Shown here piece by piece: positions 52,555 to 64,000 of a DNA stretch of 64,000 nucleotides (position 1 is its first letter; the number at the start of each line of letters is the position of its first letter). The DNA lies in the NCBI GenBank assembly GCA_030704615.1, contig CM060734.1, forward strand, positions 17,980,001-18,044,000, given 5' to 3'. The position numbers and the translations under genes were made by a program. This stretch comes from Takakia lepidozioides (taxonomy: Eukaryota; Plantae; Bryophyta). The notes beneath the pieces are model-generated. The model made no database searches, was not told the origin of the DNA, and saw nothing but the letters and a program-made list of their open reading frames with translations.

Positions 52555-53267
52555 TGTCGCGGCCCTTTGCCTTGAGGGCAGGGGGGGTCGGGACACGTGA
52601 GGGGCTGCCCCTGTGGTGGGGGCAGCGGCAGCGATAGGATGGGGGGCTGAAGCACCCTTGAGTGCCCAAGGCACTCAAGGAGGCGGATGCGCTCACTAGG
52701 TGGAGCCCCGCACACCGGGTTGCGGTGGGGGTGGCTCCACAAGGGGTGGTGGTAGCTTAGCGGGACTTAGTGGGGGTGGCATAGGACTCACCATGGGGGC
52801 GGAGACCTCGTGGTGGGAGTCGTGGGGAGTCTTGGGACTCATCACGGTCCATAGGGGCCGTGATGAGTGGGCCTCATCACCGGGAGTCGAGGGTTTTCGT
52901 GGTGGTTCGCCATAAAATGGCATGGCTGGTTGTGAAACCCCCGCGGACAGCTACAGAAGTATATATAAGGGAGTAGTAACCCCGAGAACGGTGCAAGCCC
53001 GTTGGTGACCAAAAACTAGTGAGTGAGCGAGCGAGCCGGAAAGCGACCAAAGAGTGGGGAGCTGTTCCGGACTGCCATCTACCAAAGGGAATTCCACTAG
53101 GCCCAAATAGGTGGAGGGTTTAGTGGGGGAGCAAAGGGGGACCGTTATGTCCCGGTGAGCAGCCGAAGCTCCAAGTTGGCCCGGCGGCCAGGTTGGGAGT
53201 CAGGCGCGCGCATCAAAGCGAGTAACTATGACTTGAAGGGGAGTTTACCGAAGTGAGGTGCGCGACA
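52555..53267 (+). repeat. 3' LTR (713 bp)
   Basis: Differs from the 5' LTR by about 7 substitutions (counted by eye), a 15-bp deletion and a 1-bp G-run indel. Confidence 0.96.
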
Positions 53268-53705
53268 TTGCTGCCCACTCCAAAAGTCTGCTCACCACAC
53301 TTCCACCTCATCCCTGCAACTTATGCTAATCCAGCGTCCCAACGGACTCATGGACATGGTACCTCCCAGACTAGGTACCAGACCCAGCAGTCCTAGCCTC
53401 GGCAGCGTACTGCTCGCACATTCAAGCTCAGCAGACTCGGGTGCACAGTGCATGGAAAAATTGACACCATTGTGTCCATTGAGTTTAGTGACAACATTAC
53501 AAAACATGCCAGCACCCACAGTACACAAAAGTGCTCATCACCACTGGAATAGTAAGCGAAAAGACTCGCATTTTTTATTTCGGTACATAGACTTCACAGG
53601 ACAAGTACATCATACTCATGAGAGCAGTTTCTCTACATTGTCCAACCCCCGCACGATATACTGGGCACACTGCATTCGCTGCCCAAGTGCAAACTTGAAA
53701 GTAAA

Positions 53706-54530
53706 CTAGTCCTTCGTGAAAGGTGTTCCTCTCTCTGGCTTTGCAGTCTTGGAGACATTTGCTCTGACTTTTACCCACTCATAAAACACTTGAATGAATG
53801 ACATGACGTAAAAGCCACACTCCCAGCTGAATGGTTGCTGGGGCACATCAGGCGCGTGGAATTGAAATGCTTGGACAATCTCATGCCACCACATGACCCA
53901 GGACCCCCCTTCTATAGTTTAGTAGGCTATAATGGACAACATCCAACATATACCTATGTGGTTTGGATCCACAACCACTTATAAAGCCGTCCGGTGCCTT
54001 AACCACTGGGCCATCTATTGGATGCCTAAGAACTTTCGAGTCCTTGGGGGGGGGTTTGGAAAACTTCGTTGCCCTGATCACGGCCATTAGAAGGTGTCCA
54101 CCAGTGTTTTGCGGTTTGGTTTTTTTTATAACCGGCGGTTCCGATGGCTTCAAATTCTAGGAAACTAATGACCTGCGGTTGCGGTTATTAACTTTTATAC
54201 AACTATATATAACCTGTGGTTCAAGTTACTTACAAAAATCTTAAGTTTTCATCAAATAACGGTAGGTATTGGGCATGTCTTAAAAGGTTCTTTGCTTGGT
54301 TATTTGAATGCCCGACCTCCACCGGTTCTTAACTGTATCAGTTAATTTATTTTTTCACATCCGCCGATTATATATATAGAGAGAACCGGATAGATAAACG
54401 TCGGGTATTAGAGAAATTAAAATAACTGCCCAACATTGGTGTCCATCTTCCAAGTGAAAAGCAGTAGTCATTTGCGGGTGAAGAGACACCGTAAATTACG
54501 TCTACTTCGACAAGAGTCTTCATCTCCTCT
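53706..54530 (-). pseudogene. Ulp1/SENP-like (peptidase C48) cysteine protease remnant
   Basis: DVPQQPFSWECGFYVMSFI matches PQQxNxxDCGxYV. Upstream are GGHLLMAVI (catalytic His strand) and a decayed DSL-like segment. Confidence 0.72.
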
Positions 54531-57500
54531 CTTGAAACATAAGAACTTTGGCGACGCTCGTGGAGGTCTGCCGTACCTCCCCGCTTCCGTCTTTCTTCCT
54601 CCAATCGTTGACTTTGAATGTGAAGATGTCGTATTTTTCTTGCCGCGTGACCTATCTCACTCTCTAGATGGAAGGAATCACCTTCCCACCAGGTCTTCTT
54701 GTGGTTAAGCTTCGTACGGCTTGCTTTGTCACTCCTTGAGATATTTGAGAAGCATTCAGCACTTTCACTTCGTTTAAAATCTACGGAGGCCTTGGTAAAT
54801 GCACAGATGGGTGGACCAAAAACTATGTAATATGCAGTTTTTGCAATGACCTCCCTCCATGGTTTTATCCATATTTGTCCAACAACTCAATATTTCATCT
54901 AATCTATATGGTGTAGGGTTTCTAACTACAATAGGTATGTATACTAACTGTTAGATTGCAAAAACAATCATGTACCAGATAGCTATATTAAAGTTGATTA
55001 CTATGGACTGCAGATGTTAATACACATAAAATCTTTTGGACTGAGAAAACATCATGTACACTCATATAATGGCACAACGGAAACACACTAGGGATACCAT
55101 TTTTAAATCCAACCCGAATCCACTTTTATATGGACTAGTTACTTTACGAATTTGAGAGCTATGGACTATTTTACACCTAAAAACAAAATTGTCCATAGCA
55201 TCTTATGTTTTGGGGTGTCATCTTTTATTAAAAAGACATACAAACCTATAATCTAGAGTGGTCATGTGGTATATGGACAAGTGGTTGTAAACTCTAACTT
55301 TTGACGTCTAAATGTTTTTTCAAATTAAAGATTAAAATATCTAGTAAAGAATATTTTCAATGTTTTGGGGGGGGGGAGACTCTTTACTAAACACATTAGA
55401 TATACTATTATCTATTTTCCTAAAAATAAACTAAAAGCAATAGGCTCCAAAAAAAAAATCCGTGGACTTCCGATGGACTCAACATCTGCCGCTTTTGGTT
55501 CACCCATTCGTGCAACTGCCCGTGTCTCTTTATTTTTGTTTGGCCCACGAAATTGAAGACCATTTATGGTTTGGGCCATGTCTCAAACTTTAATCAACAG
55601 CACGGGAAAGACTTGAATGAAACCTAACGTCGTCTGTTTGGTTGAGATTTTTCAATGTCTTGAGCAAGGCAAGACACATTGAGGGGCACAAACTATTTCT
55701 TCATGAGATCATTGAACTCACTCCAGCTAATTAACTCCACGCCGACTCTTGATCCTGAAGGCATTTTTGTCACCATTGTAAATGGCATTACCCCTCAAAT
55801 AAATGGGCGTCACTTTCAAGTTCCACTCGATCACCGTCACTTATTTTGGCTGCTCAGAAATATTGTCCCAGCTCAATATTTGCAACCTTCAGACCGTTAT
55901 GTTGAGCCCACAGCCCAAATTAGAGGTTTACTATTTCATAAGCCATGAACTATGAGCATTGAGTGGAAGTCTAAGATAATTGGTTTTTATGAGCGGAAAT
56001 TTGAAAATGAGGAAATGCTGCAAACAAACAAAATACTAAAATATTAATTTTCAAGTACACCAATTCATTTGTGTTAACATTCAGCTTATATTTTCTCTTA
56101 TCTGCTCATGGAAAAGACAAAGGAGATGGTATTGCTGAAGTTATCCACATGAAAAATAACAACGCATTTCACAGGAGGCACACCATCTGCCAAGACACAT
56201 ACACGAACTTTCCAAAGAAAAAGAACAGATTTCCGTAGTAGTGTTGGGAAATGCGGCGCCACATTTCTAACAAGTTGTGTTGAACTAGTCATGGGGTCTA
56301 GGCGATACTCGAGGAGAAAACAGGTTGGTTTGTAAACAGTATGAGAAATTCGGCACGCAGATTTGTGAAATGTACGTGAGAATAGTCATATCCGGTGGGC
56401 AATACTTGGAGCAAATAGATTGGACAATGAACAAAGTTTGTAAATGCGGCTCTGAATTTTCAGAATAGTCGTACAAATATTTTTGGAAAATATTATTATT
56501 ATAATTATTAATATGTTTCTCCAACCTGCAAAATGCGACGTTGTATTTCATATACATGGACAACTTGGATATATATATGTCTCATATTATTTGATAGTTT
56601 TCGGCCAGAGGCCCCACGGTTTGGGAGATCTCACCGTTACAAAACAAACAAAACAAACAAACTAACTACCTTGCTGCATATATTGATATGTACATGGTGT
56701 CATTGTGTCACATCATCGTCATCGATGTCATCGTTGTTAGCCACGTCATAGTCGTGGTCTCATAATGTTTGGACCTGCAGTGTGGGAGATACGAAATTTC
56801 AAGTACTTTTGGTCGCTGGAAATTCGTGAAAAATAGCAAAGTGGGCTTTCGTTGAACAATGACGTGGAGATCTCCCAAACTGCAGGGTCTATGGATACAT
56901 AGGGGATTGCACTTGGACTTACATGACACTGGACACTTGGGCCAACGGCACAGGCTACCCTAGTTAGTAATAAATCAAGACGTGGAAGGCAATTGAAATT
57001 ATAAAAATACATTAAAAAAAAACTGTAGGACTAGGAAACACAATCTCGCCCTATAAGGAATAGGCATCGAATTCTCTCCTTGCCAGTAGGACACAAAAAA
57101 ACTCCTTTGAGACAAAGTGCTTGCGGGGCTACACTGCTGAAGGATGGCACTCAGAACGGGACCCCATCATGCCAGTTCCACAGGTCACAGCCGATCTTTT
57201 GGATAGAGCAACTACTCCACGTCAAAGCACCTAGTTTTGGGATGGTAACAGACCTGCCCAGCTTTCTCAAGATGTTACTTCAACGCAGTACTCCATCCTC
57301 ACATTGACCAAAGACCAGCCGCACCTACCTCAGATGATTTCTACGAAGAGGCAGATAACCCCGCTGGACTGCACGGCCATAAACACCTTGAATTGCACCT
57401 TCACTCTTTTGGCTCTGCTTGTCTATGGGATGGAGACCAGGCAGTGCTCTTCTTGGAGCATCAAATTTGTTGTATCGATCTGCAGGCAATGGCGCCATTG

Positions 57501-58779
57501 ATGTGGATTCCGGATCAAACTAGCTTTCCTGCCCTGACAGTGCTCCCGGAGGTGTTGATACCTCTAGCTGGTTTGCGGAAATATGATCACTATGCAATGC
57601 ATCTGGCCATGATCACTGCACTGCAGGACCAGCCCACTGGGTGGTTGCAATGAATGTTGTACAGTAACACCTGCAATGGCAATTTCTACGGAGGTTGGCC
57701 ACCCCGTCGGCGGGTTGTTTGGAGCTTTACACACTCATTCACTCCTCCTAATGCGCAGACCAGATATGCGTCAAGTTTTGGGAAAGTCATCATTATGATC
57801 CCTAGTCTCTCATGCAGTGTGTTTTTTTACTCTCCTTTCCAGCTACCATGGCAATGTTCCAGCAGCAAGGCGACAAAACCTTGGGGACAGCGAGGCATAG
57901 GCACGCCCAAACTATCAGCTCGGCAAACACACTCCTGGCAACCCCATGTCAAACTCTCCTCAGTGTATCAGCAATTGGAGCAGTCTTCCCTGCCCGACAC
58001 AGCCAACTCTGTGAGAAACAAACAACTCCAAGACAATATAGCCGCCCACTGGAAATATGGACCTTAGGGTTTCAGGAGCTTGGCAAAGGCTATGGAGTGC
58101 TTAGTCTGGTTTTAGAGAAGCATCAAAGAGCCAAGGAGCCAAGATAGGGGGCTGATATTACCTCTTGTGTGAAGGGGTTGCATGTGTGGAGCATGCATTC
58201 AGCCCATTGAAGCATCCATCTTCAAGCTTGGAGGGCAAGCAAGGAAGGGCTGATTTCTCTTATGTGAGGGCAATGAATGTGTGGAACATGCTTTCAGCCC
58301 GCTGAGGCTTGTATTTTCAGGTTTGTGGGTGCAAGAAAGGAAGCAAAGTGGCTGATTCTCTTATGGTGAGGGTGGGGCATGTGTGGAGTATGCAATTAGC
58401 TTAGTTAGGCCCCCATCTTTAAGCCTTTGAGAGCTAGAAGGGAAGGTAAGGGGCTGATCTGCTCTTATGTGACAATCCGGCACTTGTAGAGCAATGTTTT
58501 GAGTTGGGGTTTCAACTTCAAGCCTAGATAGAGCATGGCTCTTGAAGTGGCAGGTGTAGGGGGCTGGAATAGGCTCTAAGACACATGCTATGGCCAAGGA
58601 GAGCGCATGAATAAGTGCTCACAAGGGCTGGAAACCAGCAAGGCTCGGTTGTTTGCAATTCAGTTGAGTGGCGGGTTTTGGGAGTCTAAGTGAGAAAGAG
58701 GGCTTGGTATGTGGCAAACATCTTCCTCATGACTTAGAGCTTTTGTTGGTGGTGTGTGGGAGCCAAAAAGAGCAAGAAT

Positions 58780-61700
58780 ACCTTGCTGATTTCCTCATAG
58801 CCGCCCACAGAGAAGCATAGGTAATTTTGTGCTTGAAATCTGGCCCTCTTGGATGAATCTGGACCCACACTATCTTTGCTCCTTCAGCTACACATGCCTC
58901 TGCACAAATCATGCATTCATCCTTGCCTTGCTGCTAGTAGCTGACAATGACAGCCTAGATTTATTCTAGGAAACATCCAACTCAGTTTCTGACACTAGTT
59001 CCTATGCTGAATGCGTCTGCTAGTCTATGAAATGTAACAGGCATTCACCTTTTTTTTGATACTTTCCTGTTGTCACATTGGCAGTATCATGTCAAAGTCA
59101 CTCCAAACTAGATTCATTCAACCAGCTAACTTGCAGAATTCAACATGGAAATTTAGGGCGGATTCTGATAAGAGGGAAAAACAAGGTGAAATGTGTTGAA
59201 GAAGATGCCTTCATTAGCAGTGTCTGATTTTATAAATTGTGACGCTGCTGCCAGTTGACCATCTACCCATGCAGGTTTGTTGTAGCTATAGAGTCAATCT
59301 GGAGCTTGAAGCCCGGCCCTCTTGGGTAAATCTGCACCCACACTCTATCCCTGCTCCTTCAACTATCCATGCTTCTGCACAAATCATGCATATATCATTG
59401 CCTTGCTGCTAGCAGCTGATGATGACAACCTAGATTTGTTCTTACACCCCAACCCTATTTGGAAAAACAGGCTGAAATGTGTTGAGGAAGGTGCTTTCAT
59501 TAGCAGCACCTCATTCTATCAATTATGCCGCTACTGTTTCCACTTGCAACAATTGACCATCTACTCCAGCTGATTTCTTGTAGCTATTGATCCCTCAGCC
59601 TGAACCTGAACATGAATCTGGACCTCTATCCCTGGTCTCTCAGCTAGCCCTGCCTGTGTACAGATCATGAATACATCCCTCAGCCTTGCTGCTAGCAGCT
59701 GACAGTGACGGCATGAAGTTCTTCTAGAAAACACCCCAACCTAGGACTTAACAGTAGTTCCAATTCTGAATTGCAACTACTTCTCTCTGTAGTCGAACAA
59801 GCACTCACCTTTTTGTCTCCATTGTCCCCCCACTGACTGGGGTCGGAAAGTGTTCATCCCAAAGCTTCTCTTCATCTTGTTATCTATTTCTGGGTACTTT
59901 CATACTGCCACATCAGCAGTAACTTGTCAAAGTCACTCCAAACCACCCCACATCAACCCAACGAGCTAACTTACAGCATTCAATATGTAAATTCAGGGCT
60001 GGGTCTGATGAGAGGGCAAAATAGGCTGAAATAGGTCGAAGAAGAAGGTGTCCTCACCACATTGTCCTCGACCTTGTGTCATGACCCATGGAGGATTTGA
60101 CTGACCATGCACCCAAGAGGACTTGTGTGTGTGAGGTGTGTGCTGCTTCCACAGGGAAATGTAGGCTATCTGGAGCTTGAAATCCGGCCCTCTTGGATGA
60201 ATCTGGACCCACACTGCTCCCTGCTCCTTCAGCTATCCATGCCTCTGCACAAATTATGCATACATCCTTGCCTTGATGCTAGCAGCTGACAATAATACCC
60301 TAGAATTGTTCCAGCAAACACCCCAATCCTACGTATCACACTAGTTCCTATGCTGACTTGCGTCTGCTTCCAACAGGCATTCACCTTTTTGCCTGGATTG
60401 TTCCACCGTTGACTTGGGTCGGAACCGTATTCATTCCAGAGCTTCTCCACATCTCTATTATCTGTTTTTCAATACTTTCCTGTCAACCACATTGGCAGTA
60501 ACATGTCAAAATCACTCCAACACCACCATAGATCCACCAACGAGCTAACTTGTAAAATTTAGGGACGACTCTGATAGCAGGGGAAAACAGGGTGAAATAT
60601 GTTGAAGAAGGTACCTTCATTAGCAGTGGGCCTTGTTCTATCAATTGTGCTGCTGCCATTGCTGTTTCAAGTTGACCATCTACCCACTTGTAGCCGTTGT
60701 GCTATTGAAGAAGGTGCCCCCCTTCCCCCATCAGTTGATCATAGGTCTCCAAAGTCTCCATACCATATCCCTGCTGTGCATACCCTGCAAGCATCACGTT
60801 CCATGACACCACATTTGGTTCAGCCATAGTGTTGAAAACTCCCTTCTCATCCTTAATGCACCCACATTTGGCATAGACGTCCACCAGGGGAGTGTTTTGG
60901 ATGACATCTGGTACAATTCCAGCTTTGACAATGTCACCATGGACCTCTTTCCCCTTTTTCAGAGGTCCCAGGCTTGCACACGCATTGCAAACATGCGTAA
61001 GCGTGATGTGGTTGGGCTTCACCCCTTTGCGCAGCATTTGCTCATAGGTCGCCAAAGCATTCCTACCACACCCATGCTTGTTAAATCCTGCCAACATTAT
61101 ATTCCATATGATCAAAGATCGCTGAGGCATTCTGTAGAAATCTTGGCGAGCATCCATGATGTTCCCACACTTAACATACATGTTGACAAGGGTGTTGAGT
61201 AGAAAAAACATTTGGCATAAATCCACTTTGGATAATGTGAGTGTGCACCTGATTCCAGCTTCCAGACCTAGAGCCTTTGTTAGTCTACCTGCCTCACAAA
61301 GCATCTTCACATGCCCCGCAGAAAAGGCATTGTGGACTCCCTCTCTTGATCCTCTTTCAGAAGCTGCGGTCATGGTTGAGGACGTGCCTGATTTTATCAA
61401 CTGTGCCGCTGCAGCTGTTGCCTTTAGTTGACCATCTACCCATTTAGGTTTCTTGTAGCTATTGATCCACATGGAATCACAGGTAATCTGGAGCTTGAAG
61501 TCCGGCCCTCTTGGATGAATCTGGACCCACACTCTATCCCTTCTCCTTCAGCTATCCATGCCTCTGCACAAATCATGCATTCATCTTTGCCCTTGCTGCT
61601 AGCAGCTGACAATGACAACCTAGGAAACACCCAATCACACTAGTTCCTATGCTGAATTGTGTCTGCTACTCTCTGTCGTAATAGGCATTCAACTTTTGCC

Positions 61701-64000
61701 TCGGTTGTTCCACCATTCACTGGGGTCAACAAAGTATTCATTCCACACCTTCTCCTCATCTCTGTTATCTGTTTTGGATACTTTCCTGCTGCCCACATCG
61801 GCAGTTACTTGTCATAGTCATTCCAAACCACCACGGATCCACCAACAAGCTAACTTACAGAATTCAATATGCATATCAAGGCCGAGTCTGATGAGAGGGC
61901 AAAACAGGCTGAAATAGGTCGAAGAAGAAGGTGCCCTCACCACATTATCCTTGACAATTCAACATGTAAATTCAGGGCCGAGTTTGATGAGAGGGAAAAA
62001 AGGCTGAAATAGGTCGAAGAAGAAGGTGCCCTCACACATTCTCTAAGGCCTCCATACCACGCCCCTGTTGTGCACACCCTGCAAGCATCGTGTTCCACGT
62101 GATGAAAGATTGTCGAGGCATTCTGTTGAACACTTGGTGAGCATCCATGATGCCCTGCACATAACATACATGTTGACAAGGGGTTGAGTAGAAAAATATT
62201 TGGCATTGCACTTTGGATAATGTGAGTGTGCACCTGCTTTCTAGCTTCAAGGCCTTTCATCTTGATGCACTTATGCAAGAGACAGACATACGTATTTGAA
62301 TATGCTAAAACGCCTCCTTGGTTTAAAGTCAGTAGATCCTCTTTCAACTCACAAAGCATATCCACATGCCCATAAGTGCCAGAAGAGGCATTGTGGACTC
62401 CCTCTTGTGATCCTCTTCCAGAAGCTGTGGTCATGGTTGAGGTGCCTGACTTTATAACTGTGCCGTTGCAGTGCTGCTGCTTTGGCGATGCAACCATGCA
62501 CATTCTTTGCAATCTGGTAATCTGACAGGCAATTCACCTTGGTACAACTCCAGCTCTGAAGATGTCGCCATGTGGACCTCTTTTCCCCTTTTCCAAAGCT
62601 GCCAGGGGCAGTGTTCAGATTGACATTTAGTACAATTCCAGCTTTGATAATATCCCAGCACCTCTTTGCCCTTCTCCAGGGCCGCTGCTGTGCCAGGCTT
62701 GCACAAGCATGGCGATATGCAAATGCACACAAACATGATGTGCCCCCCATCATTTGCTCATAGGTCTCCAAAGCCTCCATTCCACATCCCTGCTTTGCAT
62801 ACCCTGCCGCACATCATATCGCACTCCACGACACCACATGTCGTTCAGCCATAGTGTCAACACTCCCTTTTGATCCTAGAGCACCCACATTTCGCAAACA
62901 TGTCCACCAGGGTATTGTTCAGAATGTCATCTGGTACAAATTCCAGCTCTAAGATGTCGCCATGCACCCTTCCCCATTCCAAAGCTGCCAGGGTAGGTTC
63001 AGATTGACATTTGGCACAATTCCAGCTTTGATGATATCCCCATGCACCTCTTGCCCTTCTCCAGGGCTGCCAGGCTTGCACGCACATTGCAAATGCACAC
63101 AAACATGATGTGCTTCCCCTATCATTTGCTCATAGCTCTCCAAAGCCTCCATCCCACATCCCTGCTGTGCATACCCTGCAAGCATCGCACTCCACGACAC
63201 CACATCTCGTTCAGCCATAGTTTTTGAACGCTCCCTTGGCATCCTGATGCACCCACATTTTGCAAACATGTTCACCAGGGTATTGGTCAGAATGACACAT
63301 GGTACAATTCCAGCTCTGAAGATGTCGCCATGCACCTCTTTCCCCTTTTCCAAAGCTGCCAGGGTAGTGTTCAGATTGACATTTGGCACAATTCCAGCTT
63401 TGATGATACCCCATGCACCTCTTTGCCCTCGTCTAGGGCTCAATGCACCCACATTTTGCATACATGTCCACCAGGATATGGTTCAGAATGACATTTGGTA
63501 CAATTCCAGCTTTGATGATACCCCATGCACCTCTTTGCCCTTGTCCAGGCTCGATGCACCCACATTTTGCATACATGTCCACCAGGGTATGGTTCAGAAT
63601 GATATTTGGTACAATTCCAACTCTGAAGATATCGCCATGGACCTCTTTCCCCTTTTCCAGAGCTGCCAGGGCAGTGTTCATAATGACATTTGGTACAATT
63701 CCAGCTTTGATGATACCCCATGCACCTCTTTGCCCTTGTCCAAGCTCGATGCACCCACATTTTGCATACATGTCCACCAGGGTATGGTTCAGAATGACAT
63801 TTGGTACAATTCCAACTCTGAAGATGTCGCCATGGACCTCTTTCCCCTTTTCCAGAGCTGCCAGGGCAGTGTTCAGAATGACATTTGGTACAATTCCAGC
63901 TTTGATGTCCCCATGCACCTCTTTGCCCTTGTCTAGGGCTGCCAGGCTTGCACAAGCATTGCAAATGCACACAAAGTGGCCGGGCTTCACCCCCTCCCCC
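58780..64000 (-). pseudogene. Tandemly amplified, disrupted PLS-class PPR sequence; continues beyond the window end
   Basis: Repeated LVDMYAKCG, GKEVHGDI.KAGIVPNVILN, DVVSWSAMLAGYAQQG and ALETYEQM motifs with many frameshifts. A non-PPR upstream unit is repeated in 58780-62040. Confidence 0.92.

Larger units (their letters stand above)
46306..53267 (+). mobile_element. Full-length Ty3/Gypsy chromovirus (Galadriel-like) LTR retrotransposon
   Basis: LTRs at 46306-47034 and 52555-53267. TSD ctgct (46301-46305) / ttgct (53268-53272), one mismatch. PBS, PPT and the order gag-PR-RT-RH-INT-chromodomain. Confidence 0.97.
42002..55562 (+). mobile_element. Second MULE-like element (SWIM transposase + Ulp1 protease) interrupted by a Gypsy insertion; termini tentative
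   Basis: Candidate short TIR: agggtcttcaat (42001) versus rc atggtcttcaat (55563). AGTCC motifs lie on the left and GGACT motifs on the right. No TSD was found. Confidence 0.5.

Noticed and set aside
57080-58700. DIRS or tyrosine recombinase element
   Set aside because: No RHRY-type recombinase or RT motifs were found on either strand.
60702-61532. Intact PPR gene (276-aa ORF)
   Set aside because: It starts inside a repeated unit, has internal deletions and frame-scrambled segments, and lacks E or DYW domains, so it is treated as part of the pseudogene array.

Overview
This is a eukaryotic, repeat-dense window with spliceosomal GT-AG introns, PLS-class PPR remnants and plant-type transposons, probably from a non-seed land plant (the organism cannot be fixed from sequence). 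It contains no intact host gene. Main contents: (1) two copies of a Galadriel-like Ty3/Gypsy chromovirus, one integrase-deleted (1-5127, minus) and one full-length with LTRs, PBS, PPT and near-perfect TSD (46306-53267, plus), plus a scrambled third remnant; (2) a complete 11.3-kb Mutator-like element (6742-18069, perfect 9-bp TSD); (3) a second MULE-type transposase gene with a convergent Ulp1/C48 protease gene, split by the full-length Gypsy; (4) two clusters of decayed PPR sequence; (5) gag, LINE, SEC13 and RING-H2 fragments. The best candidate for an undescribed system is the 11.3-kb MULE. It carries a DDE/SWIM transposase on the plus strand and a spliced gene on the minus strand that fuses a ParB/Srx-like domain (DGNHR) to a prokaryote-type amino (N6A/N4C) DNA methyltransferase SAM-binding module. 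The two genes diverge from a ~1.6-kb array of 30-bp CG-rich palindromes. This copy is degenerate and the MTase catalytic motif IV was not found, so function is inferred, not shown.
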